Assembly (NCBI GenBank): GCA_002269645.1
Contig: NIVC01002182.1
Location: 67,493-86,822, forward strand
Source of the DNA: Macrostomum lignano
Taxonomy: Eukaryota
DNA length: 19,330 nucleotides
Direction: 5' to 3'
The notes under the pieces were generated by a model that was given only the letters and a program-made list of their open reading frames with translations, was not told the DNA's origin and did no database searches. This document shows positions 8,547 to 16,407 of this stretch, one piece after another (within the stretch, counting starts at the first letter, position 1; each line of letters begins with the position of its first letter). The position numbers and the translations under genes were made by a program.

Positions 8547-9854
8547 CGAGGGATACTCTAAAAGTTTTGCAATTCGACTATTTAAAGTTAATTTTGCCAA
8601 ACTTTTCTATTACAATCCTTCAAAGTAGGCTCCCCGGAACTGCAAACACTTGTGCGCTCGTCCGAGCCACTTGTTCATCAAGCCCTGGAAGTCTTCAATT
8701 GGGATGCCGTCAATCGCCTCCTTCGCCGCCTGCTCCAGCTCCTCGTCGGACTGAAACCTGCGCCCCCTAAGCGACTTTTTGATTTCTGGAAAGAGCCAGA
8801 AGTCGCAGGGGGCGAGGTCTGGTGAGTAGGCCGGGTGTGGTAGCGTTGAAATGCCCTCTTGGTCCAGGAACGCTCGAGTTGCAGCAGCCGTGTGGGCGGG
8901 GGCGTTGTCATGGTGAAGCTTCCGCCCTCGCATTCCCGTCCTTGGCGCCCTCTGGGTCACGCTGTCGATCACGACTGGCAAGCACTCTTCAGTGTACCAT
9001 CGAGCAGTGACTGTAGCTTGACCCTCCAGCTTCACCATCGCCACCACGCCTTGTGAGTCGAAGAAGATGGCAAACATCCGCTTGCCCTGGGACCGGGACC
9101 GCCTTGCTTTCAGGGGTCGTTGACCACCTTCCGGCACCCACTCTGCACTGCTGCGCTTTGTCTCGACGTCAAAATGATACAGAAACGTCTCATCACCAGT
9201 GATGACCTCAGAGCGGCGCTGATGGCTCCCGTGCTCATATCGATCGATGAGAAACTGACAGAACTCCATGCGGGCCTGTTTTTGAGCATCTGTCAGGATG
9301 TGGGGTATCCATCGGGCACAAAGCTTCCTGACTCTCAGGTGATCGTGTAGAATCGTATCGACCGCTGCCGATCCAATGCCGACATTCATAGCTAGCATGT
9401 CCGTGGTGATTCGCGGATCCTGATGAATCAGCTCCTGCACTGCAACGATGTTTTCCTCCGTCACTGCTGTCGGAGGTCTCCCGGGCCGGGGGTCGTCAGA
9501 AAAGCTGGTCCTGCCGGCCTGGAACTCGCGGTACCAGCGTGTAACCGTAGCATATGACGGCGCTTGAGCCTCCAATGTTGCCAGTAGCTCGGCATGAGTC
9601 TCAAGCGCCGTGAGCTTTCGCTTGTGGCAGTACCAAATTAGTAGCCGATTCTGCTCACGATTCAATTCCATGGCTGCAGCTGTACAGTTAAGGAGTCTCT
9701 GACTTTGACTGGGGGCTGAGCAGGCGTATATGTATGAATTAACTTGAAAATTGAGGTGGTGACTATGTACATGTTTATTGTACAGAGAGTTGGTTTTGAA
9801 GATTGTGCGACTTGCGCAAGTGGTTGAATTGCAAAACTTTTGGAGTATCCCTCG
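8547..9854 (-). mobile_element. Complete mariner (Tc1/mariner, DD34D) transposon, 1308 bp
   Basis: 29-bp TIRs CGAGGGATACTC(T/C)AAAAGTTTTGCAATTC with one mismatch, and TA target duplications at 8545-8546 and 9855-9856. Confidence 0.97.
8610..9671 (-). CDS. Mariner transposase, 353 aa, intact
   Basis: N-terminal HTH region, WIPHIL, ITGDET, HHDNAPAH and YSPDLAPCDF, with exactly 34 residues between the 2nd and 3rd catalytic Asp. Start MELNRE at 9671. Confidence 0.97.
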   Translation of the reverse strand: MELNREQNRLLIWYCHKRKLTALETHAELLATLEAQAPSYATVTRWYREFQAGRTSFSDDPRPGRPPTAVTEENIVAVQELIHQDPRITTDMLAMNVGIGSAAVDTILHDHLRVRKLCARWIPHILTDAQKQARMEFCQFLIDRYEHGSHQRRSEVITGDETFLYHFDVETKRSSAEWVPEGGQRPLKARRSRSQGKRMFAIFFDSQGVVAMVKLEGQATVTARWYTEECLPVVIDSVTQRAPRTGMRGRKLHHDNAPAHTAAATRAFLDQEGISTLPHPAYSPDLAPCDFWLFPEIKKSLRGRRFQSDEELEQAAKEAIDGIPIEDFQGLMNKWLGRAHKCLQFRGAYFEGL

Positions 9855-10350
9855 TACATACACGAGCGCGAGCCCATCAGCCAGTACAATAGATAGCCCA
9901 GCAGTCAACACAAGCATCTGCCCAGTCAAAATCCAGAGCTCAACGGTCCAGGAGGCGGTCAACTTCGCAAACACTCATCAAAATGGCAAAAACATCCTCG
10001 TCAAGCAAAACTACACGTTCAACCAATGCAGTATGTGAGAATTCATGTGCAACTGACACTACAAGCAAAAATAGTTCCATAGACTTTAGCCCTCTTGAAA
10101 TTTGACTGTAAATTTCCTAGTGTTTCTCATAACATTTTTACTGTGTTTTGTTGTATTGTATTGTTACTGTTTTGTTACTGTATGCTGTTTTTCTAAATTA
10201 ATTGAGGACATTATCCACAAGTCGTGGACATTATCCAGAACGCAAGGACATTATAGAGAAGTGACACTAGAACCACAGGCTATAAAGTGAAATCAAAGTT
10301 GCGACAGTTTTTTACCATAGACAAAACATTATCTAAAAGCACTGACTAGC

Positions 10351-10791
10351 AACAATGGTAGATTGTCGCGCACTCGCACGCGCACTCGCTACGCGCACTC
10401 GTGTTTGGCCATTATTTCAGCCCCTTACCTACTACGCAACGTCATTGTCTATAAGACACAGCCTGGCCATTATTTCAGCGTGCCGGAAACGGTCATTATT
10501 TCAGGGTAAGAGTCTGCGTGCGTGCGACTGCGTAAAGAGGGCCCGGTGGTTGGGCCATAGACTATAAATAAAAAAGCTGTTGGGCCATAGACTATAAATG
10601 AATAAGCTGATGATAGGCTTGAGCTGACGAGAAGTAGAGAAATAATGGCCAGTTGAGTTTGTCATTACGCTAGGCTGTGTCTTCTGGACAATGGGCCTCA
10701 AACGGCGCCCATTATATAAAATAAGCAAAAATAGGCAATCTGATTTCATATAAAATAATAGCCATTTAATAAGCTGTCTATGGTTAGAATG
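10351..10791. repeat. Modular foldback/site cluster (AACAATGGTAGATTG end motif, GCTACGC core, TGGCCATTATTTCAG repeats, tandem CCATAGAC sites)
   Basis: 10393-10504 is homologous to 15450-15590, and ~10638-10693 to ~16270-16326. There is a 2 x 30-bp tandem at 10549-10608. Confidence 0.85.
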
Positions 10792-11045
10792 TCCTCGGCC
10801 ACACTCAATGGTCCTCGGCTCGCTTCGCTCGCCTCGAATACGCTAATATCAATACGCTTATATGATATTATATCATATAATCTCCTCGAAATAAGGAGCT
10901 TTATATGGAACATTGAAGTGAACAAGCCAACAGTATATTTAGCAACAGACACATGCAACTGACATAACAACAAAACTTAGCATACTCAACTTGTATGATC
11001 CAGTTCAAACAGTTTACGGATGAGAGTTCTTACATGTACATCCTC

Positions 11046-12398
11046 TTAGTCACGGAACGTTATTTCCAGCCGCCCATCTTCAACGACAATAGACTTGACA
11101 CCCAGACGACGCCCGTCTGTGGCTCGATCGGTGCCGACTTGCACAGACGAATCACCAGATGACGCCGAGACAGCGCCACTTTGCTCAGACGATTCACCAG
11201 ACGAGGCCGATGATCCAGACGAGACAGAAACGTTCTGCAGAACATCAGAGGCCAGTCGAGCAACTTTAGCTGATGGCCCAATGTATCGCTCCATCGCAGA
11301 TGAAGAATGACCGGTAAAACGAGCAATTTCTGGCCTTGACATCCCAGCATCCCGAAGCGTGGTGGCACAAGTTTTTCTTAGACTCTGATTCGTGTAGACA
11401 CCTGAACTTGGTTCATTAGACAAACAACCAGATTCCGAACAACAGCTTCCAAACTGTGGAGACCAAGCGATTGATTTTTGGTACCACCTGCCGGAGCGAA
11501 TAATGTCTTCCTTGCGGATGCATGACAGAAATAGCTGCGGCTTAGAGCAGTCTGGCGGACGATAGCCAACGTACTTCTTATACAGACACACTAGGCAACG
11601 AACATGACCGGGAGTGTGAAACACAGTGTTTTGCTTGAGCGGCCTATTAAATGTCTTCAAACCAAAAGGCCTTGTCTTTGAAACGGAACTCTCTTTGTAC
11701 ACGAGAACCTCGTCCGTGCCCCCGATAGAAAGCTGCAGCTGCTTGTTGATTTCGAGTCTGTGTAACTCACTACCGCCTCGCAATCTGAAGACTTTACTGA
11801 TCATGAATATTAGGGTGTTGAGTAGCACCTTCGGAGAATCATCTCCTAACAAGCCTCGCTGCCATAAGATATTCTCACTATCCGAAGCAATTGGCGCAGT
11901 TGCCCGTCCACCATTGAGTTGTCCTTCCCGGGCGGTCTCTCGCATGGCAGCATCTAGCGCACGTCGCGTTTCAGCGAACTCGGCGTCAGTCCAGATGGAA
12001 AGAGTCCGTTTAAGTCCGTAAACAAAGTGGTGTTGGATCATGGAGACTAGATCTTTGAGGGTGCCAGGTGGAAACTTTTCTCCGTTCTCTTTACGAACTT
12101 CGAACACAAAATACTGGAGCAAATGATTCAAGTCAGATTTCGTGAGATCCTCGGTTGGCTTGAGAACCATGAGTCCCGACTCTTCGCCTGCCAATTGACG
12201 ATTGACGCGCGTCTCTTTCCATAGATTGAATAACTTCATTGCCCATTTTTCCTTCGCTCTGGTAGCGGCAGGCAAACTTTCGTCGATTCGTTTTTTTAGA
12301 GCAGCTTCGTCCAGGAACTCAGCAGAAACTCGAGTTGTCGACTCAACTCCGAAAGCAGCAAAGAAAGCGTCAAAATTGAAGTCTTCTAAACCTTCCAT
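11046..12398 (-). CDS. Crypton-type tyrosine recombinase (DUF3504; KIAA1958/ZMYM/QRICH1-related), near complete
   Basis: N-terminal TRAKEKWAMKLF..W and FVFEVRKENGEKFPPGTL. Catalytic set LRGGSE (R), SKT (K), TNQSLR (HxxR with H>Q), TGH and MERY (Y). Probably carries two compensating frameshifts at ~11405-11479. Confidence 0.88.
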   Translation of the reverse strand: MEGLEDFNFDAFFAAFGVESTTRVSAEFLDEAALKKRIDESLPAATRAKEKWAMKLFNLWKETRVNRQLAGEESGLMVLKPTEDLTKSDLNHLLQYFVFEVRKENGEKFPPGTLKDLVSMIQHHFVYGLKRTLSIWTDAEFAETRRALDAAMRETAREGQLNGGRATAPIASDSENILWQRGLLGDDSPKVLLNTLIFMISKVFRLRGGSELHRLEINKQLQLSIGGTDEVLVYKESSVSKTRPFGLKTFNRPLKQNTVFHTPGHVRCLVCLYKKYVGYRPPDCSKPQLFLSCIRKEDIIRSGRWYQKSIAWSPQFGSCCSESGCLSNEPSSGVYTNQSLRKTCATTLRDAGMSRPEIARFTGHSSSAMERYIGPSAKVARLASDVLQNVSVSSGSSASSGESSEQSGAVSASSGDSSVQVGTDRATDGRRLGVKSIVVEDGRLEITFRD

Positions 12399-12683
12399 AT
12401 TGTATTATTGATTCTAGTTCGAAGAAAAAGCGACTTTGAATTCGGCTTTTACGTTTTGCCACCACTGACTGACTGGCTGCTTCGTGACTGTATCTTCGTG
12501 AGAAATTTATTTATTTGTCTATGGTCGGAATCAAATGGTCTAAACCTATATGTCTATCAATCAGATGGGATGCCCCCGAAAAATAAGCAATCGAATTTCA
12601 TATATGATAAACGCCGTTAAATTCATCATAGTCTATGGTTAGAATGCGACTTAAACGGCGTTTATGTAGGAGATAAAGCACGC

Positions 12684-12923
12684 TTTTCCGGGCACTATTT
12701 TTTAATGCCCGAGAGCCGAAGGCCGAGAATCGAGAGCCGGGTGCCAACATTTGGTGGGGTAATTCAAGGCGGGTGTGGCGTCCCCCCAGTCCATGGACTG
12801 AACAGCCGAAAGGCTCGAGGGTATTAAGTAAATAGTGCCCGGAAAACAGCGTATTTTATCTCTTATAGAGCATGGTGATGCCTCATTGAATTTTCGGGCT
12901 TTAAGTAAATAATGCCCGGAAAA
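12684..12923. repeat. Small foldback with 17-bp inverted repeats enclosing a SINE-3'-like segment
   Basis: TTTTCCGGGCACTATTT (12684-12700) is inverted at 12830-12846 and, with one mismatch, at 12907-12923. 12741-12808 matches the reverse complement of ~14176-14243. Confidence 0.8.
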
Positions 12924-13031
12924 TTTTGATGTCGTCGATAGACAAAGCTGCTGCTTCTTATTCTGCTGCTGTCTGTTGAAGACGAAGGCTATATCAGCCA
13001 TCAAACTAACAGCCATTTTTTTTTACAGCGT

Positions 13032-13668
13032 GTGCCCTATTCTGCAGCAATGAATTCACGTATTACAAATCCGCTAGTTGACTATACCGATGATTTCATG
13101 GGTGGATTCGATCCCAATGTATTGCTTCAATCTGACATCGACACTGTGTTAAATGCTGGTGGTGACCTTCGCAGCCACCATGACATCGCCAGAATAATTG
13201 GAGCAGCGGCAGCAGAGGAGTCGAATGGACCGAATGGGCCGAGTGCCAACCGCTTTGGCCCGTCTTTGACGTTCAACGATGCCATGGTGCTTGACAGCAG
13301 CACAAATTCGAAGAAGACCGGAGAAAGAGACAAGTGGGCTAGTAACGTTTTCAGCGCGTGGGTGACTGCCCAATTCCGCCAACTTCCAACAACAGTGGGT
13401 GAACTGAGCCACGACCAACTGCGTGAGTTGCTGCCGCTCTTTTTTCACGAAGTGCGCAAACAAAATGGAGAGCGCTATCCTGCTGGGTCGCTCGTCTCTC
13501 TCGCGGCTGGACTACAGCGTGGTGCGAGTAGCTCCGGTCGACTTTTTTCGTAGTCCCGACTTTAAAGTGATTACGGAGTCCATTGATGCTGCAATGAAGA
13601 TTTCTACGAAGGAAGGAAACGGCTTGAAGCGCAAGAGTGCTGAAGAAACAAAGAAACAAAGAAACTAG
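13032..13668 (+). pseudogene. Second Crypton-type recombinase, N-terminal DNA-binding half only, frameshift near 13520
   Basis: KWASNVFSAW, FFHEVRKQNGERYPAGSL..L..GLQR, then in the next frame VDFFRSPDFKVITESIDAAMK. It stops before any catalytic motif. Confidence 0.85.
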
Positions 13669-13925
13669 GCCAAAGAAACAAAATCAGGGGGGTATTATTC
13701 TATACTTCAGCCTAACAATTTTGTGGTAAGTAGATATGAGTATGAGTAGAAATAGTGGAAAAGGGTTGATTTGGCCATAGACTATAAGAAAAAAACTTTG
13801 TCTACTGTATGACTTGGATCAAGTGGGGTTTCGAATTTGGCAGATATGATTCTGAATTCAAATTATTTGTTGAAGTTTGCACTTTATAGCTTTCTGCTTT
13901 TTAACAGTTCTTTTCCTTCATAACT

Positions 13926-14165
13926 ATGGTGCTTATTAACTGGTCCAATCTTCCAGTGGACAGCCTAAACATTGTGAGTAGTAATGAATTTGAGTTTCTT
14001 TCTGAGATTAGTTTAAACAACCATCAAACCGATGCCGACTTGAGCGAGTTCATCAAGTGGATTGAAAATCCTGCGGCTGTCTGGAGAGCTTTTGATTACA
14101 CCTGTACCAATCGGGCCAGATGTGCAGCCGACGGCACAGCCGCAGCTTTTGCGCGGCGCATTTGA
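13926..14165 (+). CDS. Short ORF (79 aa) beginning with the LINWxNLP motif; function unknown
   Basis: MVLINWSNLPVDSL starts 151 bp downstream of a CCATAGAC site. A GTGAGT donor-like sequence lies near 13974, so the product may be spliced. Confidence 0.4.
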   Translation: MVLINWSNLPVDSLNIVSSNEFEFLSEISLNNHQTDADLSEFIKWIENPAAVWRAFDYTCTNRARCAADGTAAAFARRI

Positions 14166-14172
14166 AGGCTGC

Positions 14173-14373
14173 CTACGGCTGTTCAGTCCATGGACTGGGA
14201 GGACGCCAGACCCACCCTAATTTACCCCAGCTAATGCTGGTACCCATTTACAGCTGGGTGAACTGAAGCTATGCAAAATTAAATGTCTTGCAAAAAGACA
14301 CAAATTGTATTAGTGGATTCGGGAGTCGACCTTAAAGTCGCGAATCCGACGCTCTAACCACTAGGCTACAACC
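14173..14373 (-). mobile_element. tRNA-derived SINE with a CORE-like central domain
   Basis: Minus strand starts GGTTGTAGCCTAGTGGTTAGAGCG (A box) with a degenerate B box, then GTGTCTTTTTGCAAGACATTTAA...CAGCTGTAAATGGG, which resembles the MIR/CORE consensus. Confidence 0.65.
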
Positions 14374-15395
14374 CCTTACTTGGCTACATGAATTGTAGGC
14401 TATATTTAATTACAAGGATAGCTACTCGTGATGATATGAAGTCTCATTACTGCTTTCTATGAAAAATTCCAATGATCAGCTACTTGAGAAGCTGTGATCA
14501 CTGTCATCGTGTGGTTATAACAGTAGCTATCCAATACTTGCATATTAATAATTACTACGTTTAGTTCGTAACCGTTTAGAAGCTGTTCGTAACTTTTGCC
14601 ATCGGCTACGTAACATGACTGGAAAAATACTGGTCGAAACTGGATTGACTGCCGTTCTGCATGTTCAGCTACTTCATAGAAATAAGAATTTTTAATTACC
14701 ATTCTGCGCCGCGAACTCAGGCTTGTTAATTTGTCACTGTCGCTACACGATCATTGACTTCGTCGATCGACCTGGCACACGTCGGAACTTGTTCGGAAGT
14801 TCTTGACCTGTCGACTTTCCAATGCAAGCATCATTGCTCAGTAATTGAGCCGTCGACCGAAGCCTGGAGCCGGTTGATTTTGGCCTGAGTAGTGGCCTCT
14901 ATATGTGCCAAAATCCTCAGTGTGTCTGTGAATCAAGGATTTCGTACACTAATATAGACATGAATATCATATCGCAAATTGGTTTATTTCCGCTGCTATG
15001 CAAATGATGGCTCAAGATTGATAATACACTAATACAGTTTTAGAGCTGCTACGAACTACGAACTTTGCTCGAACCTGATTCGTATTATCAATTGTTCTGG
15101 GTACAGAAAATCCCACAGAAGCCTAAAGCAATATTGAGATAAACAGATTAATAAGGACTCAGAGACTAAGAAATTTTGCTAGAGCCTCAAGCAATCAGTC
15201 AAGATTAAATTAATTTAACTCCTAGTGCTTCAATGTTGCCCGAGCTAGTTAAGCAGACAATTTTCGCTTGCGGATTTCTTGATGTTGTGCTTCTTTGCCG
15301 GCCAGCAAGGAGACCGCCACCATGAAATTGCGGGGTTGCCCTGTTGATGCCAATTAACGAAGACTCAGCCGTTATACCATCGGCAGGGCAGTACA

Positions 15396-16407
15396 TGGTA
15401 GATTGCGTAGTAGGTAAGGGACTGAAATAATGGCCATAAACACGAGTGCGCACTCGTGTTTATGGCCATTATTTCAGCCCCTTACCTACTACGCAACGTC
15501 ATTGTCTATAAGACACATAGAGGCCATTATTTCAGCATAGCGTAGTCTGGTGGCCATTATTTCAGCGTGCCGGAAGCGGTCATTATTTCACACTTTTTAT
15601 CACGCTGTAATTGGCTGTTTTGAGAGTTATTTTACCCATAGACGACTGAGATGTGTGTCTTAGTTTGACCATAGACACACTGTGATGAGTGCTGATTTTG
15701 CTTGCGTCTTGCAAGAAATCAGGAAAGCGGGTAGTACGAGTGAAATCTATTTGTGTAGTCAAACAACTATGACTGGTGCATCTCGTCAAACAGCACCGCT
15801 TATTAATTGGAAAAATCTTCTTGTCGACGACTGAACGAACCGTGCGACCTATGCTTCAGTGGAGAATACACAAGAGATGCGGGTGAAGCATGGTAAGTGT
15901 AATATATCAACATTGTAAGTGGTAAATTAGTGGCTATATAAATGGCTATAGTAACTGATTTTTTTACAATTTCCATTAATCTGCAGGTCGGATGGATTCG
16001 GAACGCGCAGCTCGATTCTTTGAGAACTGCCACTTCAAGAATTGCACGTTTCAGTTTTAATGAGCAACTTCTGATGAGCAGTCCATGACTACTGTTGTTT
16101 TTGTGCTTAATTCGCGCGTTTTCCATTGTTTTTTAGCTAAAAATGTCTTGACTATCCTGTTTTTAGTGTATTCCAGAATGTCATGTAGACTGTTTGCGAT
16201 TATTCCCTTATGCCAGTTAATATATGAATATTTTAACTAATCGTCTATGGTTCAAACGTCTGCTAAAGCTGAAATAATGGCCAGTTGAGTTTGTCATTAC
16301 GCCAGGCTGTGTCTTCTGGACAATGGCCATAGACACTCGCGCGCTACGCGCGCTCGTGTTTTGGCCATTATTTACCTCCGCTACCCATATAGCAATCTAC
16401 CATTGTT
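15396..16407. mobile_element. ~1 kb non-autonomous element with ~55-60 bp imperfect terminal inverted repeats and a 94-bp palindrome at 15403-15496
   Basis: The left end ATGGTAGATTGC...AAATAATGGCCATAAACACGAGTGCG mirrors the right end at ~16348-16403. It contains CCATAGAC sites at 15636, 15669, 16243 (reverse) and 16327. Confidence 0.7.
15769..16060 (+). pseudogene. Two-exon mini-gene (65 codons) with LINWxNL motif and Crypton-like NCxFxNCTF tail; one in-frame TGA
   Basis: Exon 15769-15892, GTAAGT...CTGCAG intron 15893-15986, exon 15987-16060. The spliced frame reads MTGASRQTAPLINWKNLLVDD*TNRATYASVENTQEMRVKHGRMDSERAARFFENCHFKNCTFQF*. Confidence 0.5.

Larger units (their letters stand above)
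8274..10038 (+). pseudogene. Internally deleted tyrosine-recombinase remnant interrupted by the mariner
   Basis: MVDQVHLINWANLPISCL (8274). After a frame change comes RVSRVCDLEAAGHSMADIMATTGQKCEKIAVCRY (8335-8436), which resembles the RxT..L..AG..IM..TGH..Y end of YRs. KVLKKCSDAL follows (compare KVARLASDVL in 11046-12398). A Ser/Thr tail rejoins in frame across the mariner TA and ends NYTFNQCSM*. Three frameshifts are needed. Confidence 0.5.

Noticed and set aside
8678-9889. Several short ORFs overlapping the mariner, and the 101-codon upstream extension to 9974
   Set aside because: They are antisense or alternate-frame shadows. The extension runs through the TIR into flanking DNA.
11060-12021. 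Alternate-frame and antisense ORFs over the recombinase
   Set aside because: They are shadow ORFs, except part of 11378-11569, which is used in the compensating-frameshift finding.
14300-14373. Functional tRNA gene
   Set aside because: The B box and T arm are degenerate, I cannot fold a clean cloverleaf, and it continues into a SINE body.
14690-14960. Coding-like GC-richer stretch that might be the missing catalytic half of the second recombinase
   Set aside because: I found no R, HxxR, TGH or Y motifs in the frames I read, and stops interrupt it.
16205-16222. Fourth LINW-like motif (YINWHKG) on the minus strand next to the 16243 site
   Set aside because: Only INW matches and there is no upstream ATG, so it is likely chance.
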